A stretch of 64,000 nucleotides of DNA, taken from NCBI GenBank assembly GCA_016183535.1, contig JACPEK010000004.1:141807-205806 (forward strand), written 5' to 3'. Below are positions 47,492 through 56,678 of the stretch, in pieces; within the stretch, counting starts at the first letter, position 1; each line of letters begins with the position of its first letter. The notes beneath the pieces are model-generated. The model ran no database searches and was not told the origin of the DNA. It saw only the letters and a program-made list of their open reading frames with translations. Origin of the DNA: Candidatus Brennerbacteria bacterium (GTDB lineage Bacteria > Patescibacteriota > Minisyncoccia > UBA6257 > GWB1-50-10). Both the position numbers and the translations under genes were made by a program.

Positions 47492-48805
47492 TTATGAATG
47501 ATTCATGAAAAAATATCGGATCGTTTTGAGGATAATGAGGAGGTCGAGAAAGAGCGAGCGGTTCTTCACGTAGTAGAGGTCGTACTTCAGTTTCTCGTAC
47601 GCCTCCTCGAGCGACGCGGACGGCTGGTAGTTGATCTGCGCCCAGCCGGTCAAGCCCGGTTTCACCACGTGGCGCATTTCGTAGTGAGAAAACCTCTCGT
47701 ATTCCCGCGTGAGCCCCACGTTCTCGGGGCGGGGGCCGGTGAATGAAATGTCGCCGCGGATGATGTTCCAAAGCTGGGGAAATTCGTCCAGATGGGTTGC
47801 GCGGAGGAACGTACCAATCGGCGTGATGCGGGCGTCGTTCTTTTCCGTCCAGAGCGGGCCGCCATTCCCGTTCCTCATCGTGCGGAACTTGTTCAATATG
47901 AACGAGCGGCCGCCTTTCCCCGTGCGTTCCGCACGATAGAGTGCCCCGCCGCGGGAAGTGGCGACAATGAAGATTCCGATGAGGAAGGAAAGCGGGAGCG
48001 TGACCGCAAAAAGTATGGTAGCGAGTGTCACGTCAATGACGCGCTTCACGCGGTCGTACACTGGCCGGCGCGCCGTGATGTTCTCTATAAACCATTCCTC
48101 CGAAAGGTCTTCGAGCGGCACTTTTTCGAACACGGCCTCATAGAATGCGGCGAAGGGAATAACGTTCACTTCGTGCGGGATGATGCGGTAGATTTGGCGC
48201 GCCGCGCGAGCGTCGTGCGCGAGCGCGGGATCAATGACGAGAAGCGCCACGTTCCCGGCGTTTGCGAGCGACTCGAGCATGCTTCCGTTCGCGCCCTTGA
48301 GCGTCTCGTAGTGTTGCGCAACGCGGTACCCAAGGTGGGGTGTGCGGCGCACTTCCTCGATGAGCTCGGTGATGCGCGGGGAAGTTCCCACAAACACGAC
48401 CGGGATCGCGCTTGCTTTGAAACGGACACGAAGGAGCGTTCTCCATGCATAGGAGAGAACGACGGTGAATCCCACGAACATCGCGAGGTTCGTTTTTGGT
48501 GTGAGTTCAAAATAGTCCGGAAAAAGATAGAAAGCGCCCATAGAGACGATGCCGGCGGTGATGGCCGCGACCGCGACCGCGCGGAAGAGTATGAGGGAGG
48601 AGAGGAACGTCCGAAGGTGGTAAAGATCGAAGAGATAGAAAACAAGGAGAAAGACGGTGAATATAAGTAAGAACGGCCCTTTGTGGCCGGCGAATGCGAA
48701 AGAGAACCCGCTTGTTCCATAACGGACGAGAAGCGCTCCCGCGAGCGCCGCATAGAGAATTACGATGTCTCCCGCGAAGAGAAGCCCCTTTTTCCAGCCG
48801 GACAT
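47492..48805 (-). CDS. Initiating polyprenyl phosphoglycosyltransferase (WbaP/WcaJ-like)
   Basis: 4 N-terminal TM helices; KRVIDV, KFRTM, RITPIG.FLR.THLDEFPQL, GPRPE, VKPGLTGWAQ, YDLYY. Confidence 0.92.
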   Translation of the reverse strand: MSGWKKGLLFAGDIVILYAALAGALLVRYGTSGFSFAFAGHKGPFLLIFTVFLLVFYLFDLYHLRTFLSSLILFRAVAVAAITAGIVSMGAFYLFPDYFELTPKTNLAMFVGFTVVLSYAWRTLLRVRFKASAIPVVFVGTSPRITELIEEVRRTPHLGYRVAQHYETLKGANGSMLESLANAGNVALLVIDPALAHDARAARQIYRIIPHEVNVIPFAAFYEAVFEKVPLEDLSEEWFIENITARRPVYDRVKRVIDVTLATILFAVTLPLSFLIGIFIVATSRGGALYRAERTGKGGRSFILNKFRTMRNGNGGPLWTEKNDARITPIGTFLRATHLDEFPQLWNIIRGDISFTGPRPENVGLTREYERFSHYEMRHVVKPGLTGWAQINYQPSASLEEAYEKLKYDLYYVKNRSLFLDLLIILKTIRYFFMNHS

Positions 48806-48811
48806 AATTAA

Positions 48812-48842
48812 TAGGGTATAGGGTTTAGAGGCTAGGGTCTAG
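48812..48842. repeat. Heptamer tandem repeat (TAGGGTA/TAGGGTT/TAGAGGC/TAGGGTC)
   Basis: Four 7-nt units in the divergent intergenic region. Confidence 0.65.
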
Positions 48843-48900
48843 ACCGGAAAGTATAAACAGTGGGGTTGACTTTCATGCGTCGGAATCTACGATAGTTCGT

Positions 48901-49725
48901 ATGGATAACGAAACAAATAGCGTTGGTCAGAAGAAGCGCGACGTGCTCCTGCCCGCCTCCATCATCATTGCGGGAGTTCTCGTCGCGGGGTCCGTGATTT
49001 GGAGCGTGGGTAAGCGCGCGGAGACTGTGCCGGCGGATTCGGCGAATGCGGGCGCTCTCGAAGGTCCCGCCATCGCCGCCATGCGCGCGGTGAACGAGAA
49101 TGATCAGGTGCGGGGAAGCCGCGACGCGAAGGTGGTGATCGTCGAGTATTCGGATTTCGAGTGTCCGTTTTGCAAGCGGTTTCACGACACCATGAAAGCG
49201 ACACTCGAGGCGTACGGGGATAAGGTGGCGTGGGTCTACCGCCACTATCCTATCGCAACGCTCCATACGAAGGCGGCGAAGGAATCGGAAGCATCGGTGT
49301 GCGTCGCCGAGCTTGGCGGCAACGATGCGTTTTGGAAATTCGCGGACCGCATTTTCGAACTCACGCCGTCGAATAACGGGCTCGATCCGGCACAGCTTCC
49401 CGTGATCGCGGAGTATGCGGGTGTCGCGCGGGATGCGTTCGAATCGTGTCTCGCGAGCGGGCGGCACGCGGGCGTGATTGCCGCTTCGGTCGCGGAAGCG
49501 GAATCAATCGGCGTGAGCGGAACGCCGTACGCGGTGTTCATCGCAAACGACGACCTCGATAAAGCGGATTTTGGTTTTCTCGCCGAGGTGAACCGGCAGT
49601 TCGAGCTCCAGTATCCGGGTCAACCCGGGCCTTTCACGATAGACGACGCAAGCGATCGGATCGGCATGAGTGGGGCTTTCCCCTTTGAAACGGTCCGGCA
49701 GATCATGGAGGTTTTGATCCGATGA
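48901..49725 (+). CDS. DsbA-family thioredoxin-domain protein
   Basis: TM anchor; EYSDFECPFC, YRHYP, GVSGTP. Confidence 0.9.
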   Translation: MDNETNSVGQKKRDVLLPASIIIAGVLVAGSVIWSVGKRAETVPADSANAGALEGPAIAAMRAVNENDQVRGSRDAKVVIVEYSDFECPFCKRFHDTMKATLEAYGDKVAWVYRHYPIATLHTKAAKESEASVCVAELGGNDAFWKFADRIFELTPSNNGLDPAQLPVIAEYAGVARDAFESCLASGRHAGVIAASVAEAESIGVSGTPYAVFIANDDLDKADFGFLAEVNRQFELQYPGQPGPFTIDDASDRIGMSGAFPFETVRQIMEVLIR

Positions 49726-49766
49726 CTGAGGGTGGACGCTCGGAGGATTTTTGAAATTTCCGGTCC

Positions 49767-49943
49767 ATGAAAGAGAAAAAATTTTTGCGGTGGGTGTTCC
49801 TTGCGGGGGGGCTATGGATCGCCGCCTCTCCGTGGATTCTCGGTTTTGCGTCGGCGAATCTCGGCAGATGGTCAAATGTGATGGTCGGCGGGTTGGTGGC
49901 GCTCGCCGCGCTCTATCTTTCAGCATCCGAAAAGGAAAGTTAG
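49767..49943 (+). CDS. Small SPW-repeat membrane protein (58 aa; not in the ORF track)
   Basis: Manual translation MKEKKFLRWVFLAGGLWIAASPWILGFASANLGRWSNVMVGGLVALAALYLSASEKES; GLW.AASPW.LGF motif. Confidence 0.75.
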   Translation: MKEKKFLRWVFLAGGLWIAASPWILGFASANLGRWSNVMVGGLVALAALYLSASEKES

Positions 49944-49970
49944 GAAAGGTCGCGAATCCCTTTTAAAACC

Positions 49971-50099
49971 ATGTACACATGTCCGGAATGCGGCTATGCC
50001 GCGGAAGAAAACGGAAAATGTCCCGCGTGCGACGTCACGATGGTGCGGAGCGATGAGGGGGAGGCAGAGAAGCAAAACGGGGAAGAGGAAAATCTCTGA
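49971..50099 (+). CDS. Small CxxC-CxxC zinc-ribbon/rubredoxin-like protein (42 aa; not in the ORF track)
   Basis: Manual translation MYTCPECGYAAEENGKCPACDVTMVRSDEGEAEKQNGEEENL. Confidence 0.7.
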   Translation: MYTCPECGYAAEENGKCPACDVTMVRSDEGEAEKQNGEEENL

Positions 50100-50105
50100 T
50101 CGCCG

Positions 50106-51062
50106 ATGCGTTACGATTTGGTAATTATCGGAGGCGGCCCCGCCGGCGTAGCTGGTGCGGTCTACGCCGCGCGGAAGAAGCTCAAAACGAGAATCATCGC
50201 CGAAGCGTTTGGCGGACAGTCGCTCGTGTCCGCGTCGGTCGAGAACTGGATTGGCACGCCGAAAGCGTCGGGATTTGATCTGGGGGAGATGTTCAAGGCC
50301 CATCTCAAGGCGCAGGAAGGTCTCGAGATCGGAGAGGGAGAACATGTTGAGCGCATCGAGCCGATAGCGGAGGGATTTCGCGTTCTCACGGAACGCGGCG
50401 ACTCCTATGAGACAAACGGGGTGCTCCTCGCGACGGGGAGCGTGCGGCGCAAACTCGGCGTTCCCGGCGAGCGGGAACTCGAAGGGAGAGGGGTGGCCTA
50501 CTGCTCGATCTGTGACGCGCCGCTCTTTGGAGGGAAGGATGTCGCGGTTGTGGGGGGCGGGAATTCCGGCCTTGAAGCGGTGGGGGATCTCTTGCCGTAT
50601 GCGAAACATGTGTTTTTGTTCCACCACGCGGCGGCGCTCGCGGGGGATCCCGCCACGCGCGATCGGGTGCTTGCCGACAAAGAAAAAGTTACGGTGATCC
50701 TGAACGCCGAGACGACGATGGTCGCGGGAGATGCGTGGGTGACGGGTATACGGTACCGTCTTCCTGCCGCGCCGTCCGCGGCCGGCGCGGACGAAACGAG
50801 AGAACTCTCCGTTGAGGGAGTGTTTGTCGAAGTGGGACTTGACCCCGCGAGCGCGCTTGTGAAGGATCTCGTGGCGCTGAACGATCGGGGGGAAGTTATT
50901 ACGGATCCGCACACGCAGGCAACTTCGCGCCCGGGCATTTGGGCGGCGGGGGATGTGACGGACGGGCGCTACCGTCAGAATAATATCTCGGCGGGCGACG
51001 CGGTGAAGGCGGTGCTCCACATCTACGAAACATTCACAAAGGCGGCGGGTGTGCTACAATGA
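50106..51062 (+). CDS. trxB: Thioredoxin reductase / AhpF-like flavoprotein
   Basis: IIGGGPAG, YCSICD, VVGGGNSG, AAGDVT. Confidence 0.88.
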   Translation: MRYDLVIIGGGPAGVAGAVYAARKKLKTRIIAEAFGGQSLVSASVENWIGTPKASGFDLGEMFKAHLKAQEGLEIGEGEHVERIEPIAEGFRVLTERGDSYETNGVLLATGSVRRKLGVPGERELEGRGVAYCSICDAPLFGGKDVAVVGGGNSGLEAVGDLLPYAKHVFLFHHAAALAGDPATRDRVLADKEKVTVILNAETTMVAGDAWVTGIRYRLPAAPSAAGADETRELSVEGVFVEVGLDPASALVKDLVALNDRGEVITDPHTQATSRPGIWAAGDVTDGRYRQNNISAGDAVKAVLHIYETFTKAAGVLQ

Positions 51063-51069
51063 AAAGACT

Positions 51070-51480
51070 ATGAAGAACAATAAAGTGCTGGCGTGGCTTG
51101 TGGCGGTACTCGCGGTGGCGCTCGTGGCTGTCCTGGTGTGGCAATTTACGGGAAGCGGTTCGTCATATTATGCGGTGAGTCTCAAAACGGGCGAGCTGTA
51201 TTTCGGGAAGATTACGCGCGTGCCTTCGTTCGGATTGAAGCGGGTGTATTTTCTCCAGAAAACCGCGGACGCAGAAAACCCCTTGAGCGTTCAAAAATTC
51301 TCGAACGCGTTTTGGGGGCCGGAAGATTTTCTTAAAATCAATCGTGATGAAGTAGTGTGGATCGCGCGCCTTCGCGTGGACGGATCGCTTGCGGGCGTGT
51401 TTCGCGACAATCCCGATCTCCTTTCGGCGCCCTCATCCGTTCCTTCGGCGCAGAATCCCTCGGTGCGCGCGGAGGAGTAA
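51070..51480 (+). CDS. Hypothetical membrane-anchored protein
   Basis: N-terminal TM helix; YYAVSLKTGELYFGK...GPED.L.INRD. Confidence 0.75.
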   Translation: MKNNKVLAWLVAVLAVALVAVLVWQFTGSGSSYYAVSLKTGELYFGKITRVPSFGLKRVYFLQKTADAENPLSVQKFSNAFWGPEDFLKINRDEVVWIARLRVDGSLAGVFRDNPDLLSAPSSVPSAQNPSVRAEE

Positions 51481-51549
51481 ATAAAAATCCTGCGCATCGC
51501 TCCGTCGCGCCATGGCGCGGCGGGTTTTTTGCTATCATAAGAGAGCGAT

Positions 51550-51990
51550 ATGCGCGAACACGCTCTTCGACAACGTTCGGGGCAGGCGACCCTTTCTTTC
51601 ATCCTTCTCGTGTCGGGGGTCATCTTGGAGGTTGCCATCGCCGGCTCGTTCGTCGCATATTTCTTCAGTGCGTCGGGGTACGGGGAGCGGGTTTCTTCGC
51701 GCGCGCTCGCGGCGGCCCGCGCGGGCTTCGCCGATGCGGAGATCCAGATCGGGCGGAACAAGGAATACGGCGGCGGCGTGACCACGCGGTACACTTTCGC
51801 GGTGGGAAGCGATACGGTCGAGGTAACGGTGTCGCGGATGACGGACGCGGGCGCGAACGCCTATGTATTCACGGTGAGCGCCGTCGGCACCTCTTTCACC
51901 CGGACGCGGGAGCTTACCGCGGCCATCGTGGTTGACCGCACGACCGGTGTGGCGCGCGTCCAGAGTCTTCGGGAAAAGAGCGTTGACTGA
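51550..51990 (+). CDS. Pilin-like protein (PilX-type N-terminus)
   Basis: RSG|QATLSFILLVSGVIL prepilin-like cleavage site, hydrophobic helix, RALAAARAG. Confidence 0.65.
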   Translation: MREHALRQRSGQATLSFILLVSGVILEVAIAGSFVAYFFSASGYGERVSSRALAAARAGFADAEIQIGRNKEYGGGVTTRYTFAVGSDTVEVTVSRMTDAGANAYVFTVSAVGTSFTRTRELTAAIVVDRTTGVARVQSLREKSVD

Positions 51991-51997
51991 CGGTAGT

Positions 51998-53497
51998 ATG
52001 CAAAAAAATTTTTTTCGCGTTTTTCACAGGTTTCTTGAACGTCTCTCATCCGCGCCTAAGGTGGGCGCCCTCCACCTGCAAAGCGGGGCGTTTTCCTACC
52101 TTCGTTTGGACGGCGCGACCGAAGCGTTTTCCGTAAAGGTGGAACCCGGGGCGCTCCGAGAGGGCAGGATCGCGGATCGCGGCAGGGTGCTCGCCGCGCT
52201 CGTGGAACTCCGCGCGCAGATCGGGGGGGGCGCGAAGAAGGGCGAAGAGGCGAAAATAGTCGCCATCATTCCTTCGGACCCCATCTATACCCAAAGCGTC
52301 AACATTCCAAACGTCGGGAAAGAACGTCTTGCGGAATCGGCGTCTTTGAATCTCCAGATGATTTCACCGATGGGCCGCGACGATGCCTATATGCGCTACG
52401 AACTTCTTGGGGAGGTTGACGATCATTACGAGCTCCTCGCCGCGTTTGCGGAGAAGCGCATCATTGATGAATTTCAAAGCGTGTTCAGGGAGGCGGGATT
52501 TACCCCCGTCATCTTCGAATTTTCGAGCCTTTCCCTTGCGAGGCTCATCGCGCGTGTGCGGGGTCTTCAAGACGACATCACGCTCGGGTGTTATGTTTCG
52601 TCGGACGGACTCGAGTTTTTCATTGTGAAACACGGGAAGCTCCACTTCAGCTATTTCCATTCGTGGGCATCGCTCCAAGGGGAGGCACGCGAGATTTCGC
52701 GCGAACTTTTCGAGGAGGTGGTAACCCGCGAGGTGCAGAAGGTGGTGAATTTCTCGCTTGGCAAATTCAAAGAGCGCCCTCGCGAGATGGTACTTGTCAC
52801 GCAGGGTCTCGAAGCGGAGATTAAGGCGCTCATCGCAAACCGATTCGGATTTTCCGCCACCACCCTTGAAACGGGGGGAGGGTTTACCCCGCCATGGTAT
52901 GTGGCGCTTGGCGCCGCGCTTCGCGCGAAAGAGGGTCTCGAGGGGGATGAGGGTATCAACCTTGCGCCGCTGTCATCACGCGACCGAATGTTCCAGGAAC
53001 AGACGATCGGTTTCGTGAGGCTCTGGAGGAACGTGATCGTGGGCGCGCTCGCGCTCTTTGTGGTGTTTTTTTCTGGCGCGGCGTATTCCCTGAATCGGAT
53101 GGACCGCTCAACCGAGGCGCGTCTTGTCGAATTCACCGCCCACTTCAACGCCGGCGAGCTTACGACACTTGCCGCGCGCGCGGACGAATTCAATACGCTC
53201 GTCCGATCCGTGGCCAGTGCCGCGGGCGACCGCGCGCCGTGGGATCGCCTGTTGCGGACGCTCGAGCGCACCATGAAAGAACACAGCGTAACACTTGACC
53301 GCATCGAGATAGCGGGGAGGGGGAGTGGCGCGACGCTTGCCGCGCGCGCGCCGTCGAATGAGCGTCTCCTCTCGTTTAAGAACGCACTCGCGTCCGCCGA
53401 GGGATTTGCGGCCGTGAATCTGTCGGTGGCGCGGATCGCGACTTTGGAGGATGGTTCGGTTGGATTCGCGCTCACCTTCACCCCGACCGTTCCGTGA
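51998..53497 (+). CDS. Type IV pilus assembly PilM/PilN-like fusion protein
   Basis: Actin-like PilM region (AGFTPVIFE...SLARL, VALGAALR), then INLAP, a TM helix and a PilN-like domain. Confidence 0.7.
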   Translation: MQKNFFRVFHRFLERLSSAPKVGALHLQSGAFSYLRLDGATEAFSVKVEPGALREGRIADRGRVLAALVELRAQIGGGAKKGEEAKIVAIIPSDPIYTQSVNIPNVGKERLAESASLNLQMISPMGRDDAYMRYELLGEVDDHYELLAAFAEKRIIDEFQSVFREAGFTPVIFEFSSLSLARLIARVRGLQDDITLGCYVSSDGLEFFIVKHGKLHFSYFHSWASLQGEAREISRELFEEVVTREVQKVVNFSLGKFKERPREMVLVTQGLEAEIKALIANRFGFSATTLETGGGFTPPWYVALGAALRAKEGLEGDEGINLAPLSSRDRMFQEQTIGFVRLWRNVIVGALALFVVFFSGAAYSLNRMDRSTEARLVEFTAHFNAGELTTLAARADEFNTLVRSVASAAGDRAPWDRLLRTLERTMKEHSVTLDRIEIAGRGSGATLAARAPSNERLLSFKNALASAEGFAAVNLSVARIATLEDGSVGFALTFTPTVP

Positions 53498-53501
53498 CGC
53501 G

Positions 53502-54110
53502 TTAATTTTTTGAGGTATTGAGGTAACGTTGTTGGAACTCTTCTGCGGCCGAGCGTATTGCCGTTTCGGCGGCGCGCGTCATCGGACGGAGCACAAACCT
53601 TCCTGCCGGAAGGCAAGGCGCGTCTACCTTTTCTCTTTCCATTTGCGGGGGTCGGATGCCGATGCGGAGACGCCAGAATTCTTTGGTCCCGAAGGCGCGA
53701 ATCACCGACTCCACGCCATGGTGGCCCGCGCTCCCGCGTCCGTATTGAAGACGAAACGCGCCGAGGGGAAGATCCGCATCGTCGTGGATGACGAGGCACG
53801 CTTGCGGTTTTGCGCGGAAGGCGCGCCGCGCCGCCGCCGCGCCCCTCCCCGATTCGTTCATGAACGTTTGAGGGATCACAAATGTCCGCGCGGGGGTGCG
53901 ATGGGAGAGAAAATTTTCGCGCGCGTGGAATTTGGATTCCGGTATCCCCGCGAACGCGCGCGCGACGAGGCGCCCCGCGTTGTGGTAGGTGCGGGCATAG
54001 GCGGCACCCGGGTTGCCGAGCCCGATCACGAGTTTTATCGTTTCCGCCCTAAACTCACGTGGCGAGTCGGCCGAACCGCCTGCGGTTTTAAGCTTGAATT
54101 CCGCTCCCAT
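53502..54110 (-). CDS. pth: Peptidyl-tRNA hydrolase
   Basis: IGLGNPG..Y..T.HNAG, PQTFMNESG, HDD.DL, GHHGVES, RLRIGI; start at 54110 or 54116. Confidence 0.92.
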   Translation of the reverse strand: MGAEFKLKTAGGSADSPREFRAETIKLVIGLGNPGAAYARTYHNAGRLVARAFAGIPESKFHARENFLSHRTPARTFVIPQTFMNESGRGAAAARRAFRAKPQACLVIHDDADLPLGAFRLQYGRGSAGHHGVESVIRAFGTKEFWRLRIGIRPPQMEREKVDAPCLPAGRFVLRPMTRAAETAIRSAAEEFQQRYLNTSKN

Positions 54111-54140
54111 GATCATTAGAATTATCGCATATTTCTTTTC

Positions 54141-54680
54141 ATGAAAAAGGTTTTACACGCTCTTCTCGAAGTGTTTCAGACGGTGGTGCTTGCGGTAGTG
54201 GCGGTGCTTTTCGTCCGGGCGTTCGTCGCCCAGCCGTTTCTCGTCTACGGTGCCTCCATGGAGCCGACGTTCTCGGACGGGGATTACCTTCTCGTGGACG
54301 AACTCACGCCCCGTTTTCGGGAGCTCGCGCGCGGCGAGGTGGTGGTATTCCGTTATCCCGGCGACGAGCGTTCGTTCTATATCAAGCGGGTGATCGGGTT
54401 GCCCGGAGAACATATCACGATTGAGAACGACCTGGTGACGGTGACGAAGGGTGGAATTTCCACCGTGCTTGCGGAGCCTTATGTGGCGCGGAACCTCGCG
54501 ATGGGGAACGTTGACGTCGCGCTCCGCGACGGAGAGTACTATGTGCTCGGGGACAATCGCGGTTTCAGCTTCGACTCGCGGAGCTGGGGGCCGCTCGCGG
54601 ACGATCACGTGGTCGGACTCGTGCGGATGCGTCTGTGGCCATTCTCTTCGGCGCTCGCGTTTTCGGCGCCAACCTATTAA
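54141..54680 (+). CDS. lepB: Signal peptidase I
   Basis: GASMEPT, YIKRVIGLPGE, GDNR..S.DSR.WG. Confidence 0.93.
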   Translation: MKKVLHALLEVFQTVVLAVVAVLFVRAFVAQPFLVYGASMEPTFSDGDYLLVDELTPRFRELARGEVVVFRYPGDERSFYIKRVIGLPGEHITIENDLVTVTKGGISTVLAEPYVARNLAMGNVDVALRDGEYYVLGDNRGFSFDSRSWGPLADDHVVGLVRMRLWPFSSALAFSAPTY

Positions 54681-54685
54681 TTAAT

Positions 54686-56011
54686 ATGTCGACCACAAAG
54701 AAAACGGATCCTAAGAAACAAGAGAAAAAAGCGGAGGGCTCGCAGGCGCTTCAGGCGGTAAAAGGCATGCCGGATATCCTCCCCAAGGAAGAGGGTTGGT
54801 GGAAATCCTTTCGCGCCGCCGGCGCCACCGTTGCCGAACTTCATGATTTTCATCGCATCGAGACGCCGATTCTCGAGCCGGCGGAACTTTTTGAGCGGGG
54901 AGTGGGCGCCGCGACCGACATCGTGGAGAAACAGATGTACGCTTTCCGCACCAAGGGCGGCGAGCGGGTGGCGCTCCGTCCAGAGGGAACCGCCGCGGTG
55001 ATGCGGGCGTATTTTGAACACCACCTCGGGTACTTCGCCTCCCCCCTCAAGGCGTTTTACGAGGGACCGATGTTTCGCTACGAGCGACCGCAAGCCGGTC
55101 GCGACCGCCAGTTTCATCAATGGGGATTTGAAATCGTGGGAGATGGCGATTCCGTGTACGACGTCGAAGTGATGCTCGCCACCCTCGCAATATTCCGCGA
55201 GCTTAAATTCCCCGCCTTCACGGTAAAGATCAATTCCATGGGATGTAAGGTGTGTCGCGCGTCCTACCGCGAGAAACTCAAAAATTATTACCGCGCCCGC
55301 GAAAAGAAACTCTGTAAAGATTGCGCGCGGCGCCTCGATAAGAATCCATTCCGACTTCTCGATTGCGAGGAAGAGGATTGCAAAGCGCTTCGTGGCGAGG
55401 CGCCCATCATCCTCGATTATCTCTGCCAGACTTGCAACGCGCACTTCAAATCAGTGCTCGAGCTCGTGGAAGAGAACGGCATTCCCTACGAGCCTGATCC
55501 GTTCCTCGTGCGTGGTCTGGATTACTACAATCGCACTGTTTTTGAAGTGTGGGGGGTCGGCGCGCCGCACGCGCTCGCGGGCGGCGGCCGCTACGATTAC
55601 CTGGGCGAGCTCATCGCCGGTCGGGCGGTACCCGCGGTGGGCGCCGCGATCGGTATGGAACGTTCCATCGCGTTTCTGAAGTCCGCTACGCCGCCCGTGG
55701 CGCTCTCGAAAGAGCGCCCCCGCGTATTTTTCACCGCGGTAGGCGATCAGGCGAAACGGGCGAGCCTGAAGCGTATGGAAGAGTTGCGCCGCGCCGGCGT
55801 GCCGGTGGTGGAAGCTTTGGGGAAGCGATCATTAAAAGGTCAGCTCAAAGTGGCAGGGAAGCTCAAAGTTCCGCTCGCTTTGATCTTCGGACAGAAAGAG
55901 ATGTTTGAGGGTTCGATCATTATGCGCGACATGGTAACCGGCGCCCAAGAAACGGTGCTTCTTGATCGCTTGGTGGAGGCGGTGAAGCAGGATCTGAAGA
56001 AAAAATCATAA
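54686..56011 (+). CDS. hisS: Histidine--tRNA ligase
   Basis: KGMPD, TDIVEKQMY, LRPEGTA, FRYERPQAGR, LVRGLDYY, GGGRYD. Confidence 0.95.
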   Translation: MSTTKKTDPKKQEKKAEGSQALQAVKGMPDILPKEEGWWKSFRAAGATVAELHDFHRIETPILEPAELFERGVGAATDIVEKQMYAFRTKGGERVALRPEGTAAVMRAYFEHHLGYFASPLKAFYEGPMFRYERPQAGRDRQFHQWGFEIVGDGDSVYDVEVMLATLAIFRELKFPAFTVKINSMGCKVCRASYREKLKNYYRAREKKLCKDCARRLDKNPFRLLDCEEEDCKALRGEAPIILDYLCQTCNAHFKSVLELVEENGIPYEPDPFLVRGLDYYNRTVFEVWGVGAPHALAGGGRYDYLGELIAGRAVPAVGAAIGMERSIAFLKSATPPVALSKERPRVFFTAVGDQAKRASLKRMEELRRAGVPVVEALGKRSLKGQLKVAGKLKVPLALIFGQKEMFEGSIIMRDMVTGAQETVLLDRLVEAVKQDLKKKS

Positions 56012-56015
56012 TATT

Positions 56016-56396
56016 ATGGAAAACCCGCAAGAGAATTGCGTATTCTGCCGGATTCTAAAAAAAGAAATTTCCGCGGATTTTGCGTATGAAGACGACGCGG
56101 TGGCGGTGTTCGCCGATATCAAGCCGTCCGCGCCGGTGCACTATCTCGTCGTGCCGAAGCGGCACGTGGATTCGGTAATGGCACTTGATGATACTGACGG
56201 CGTGCTCGCGGGCGCGCTTATCCTCGCCGCGAAGAAAGTGGCCGCCGCGAAAGGACTCAAAGGATACCGGCTTGTATTCAACGTTGGCCGCGAGGGTGGT
56301 CAGGTGGTGGATCACCTCCATCTCCACCTCATTGGAGGATGGACGAAGCCGGAGGAAGGCACGGTGTTTGAAGCGGAGATCCTTCGCGCGCCGTGA
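56016..56396 (+). CDS. hinT: HIT family nucleotide hydrolase
   Basis: CVFC, P.APVHYLVVPK, GQVVDHLHLHLIGG. Confidence 0.9.
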   Translation: MENPQENCVFCRILKKEISADFAYEDDAVAVFADIKPSAPVHYLVVPKRHVDSVMALDDTDGVLAGALILAAKKVAAAKGLKGYRLVFNVGREGGQVVDHLHLHLIGGWTKPEEGTVFEAEILRAP

Positions 56397-56448
56397 GTCG
56401 AAAAAGATTGACTAATTGTTGACTACCCGTTACTAATTATTACTACCC

Positions 56449-56676
56449 ATGCCAATAAAAGTAAAAAAGCGTGAAGGTGAGAGCGTGAACACGCTCCTCT
56501 ATCGCTTCAATAAGCGGGTTCAGCAGAGCGGTCTCGTGCGCGAGGTGCGCAAGCGCCAGTTTCGGAAGCGGGTCGAGAACCGGCGGAAGCGTAAAGACGC
56601 CGCCCTCTACCGGAAGAACAAGCAGGAAGCCACGGCGCGCGACCGAAAGTTGGGGCTTGTGTCCCGCGAGCGATAA
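56449..56676 (+). CDS. rpsU: 30S ribosomal protein bS21
   Basis: VKKREGES...LLYRFNKRVQQSG...basic C-terminus; HIT-rpsU-yqeY context. Confidence 0.85.
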   Translation: MPIKVKKREGESVNTLLYRFNKRVQQSGLVREVRKRQFRKRVENRRKRKDAALYRKNKQEATARDRKLGLVSRER

Positions 56677-56678
56677 CC

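Noticed and set aside
49751..49966. 71-aa ORF-track call between dsbA and trxB
   Set aside because: A different frame (49767-49943) gives a clear SPW-motif membrane protein.
50767..50790. 8-bp inverted repeat in trxB within an apparent PAAPSAAGA insertion
   Set aside because: The stem is short and all-GC in a high-GC gene, and it does not match the other repeat families.
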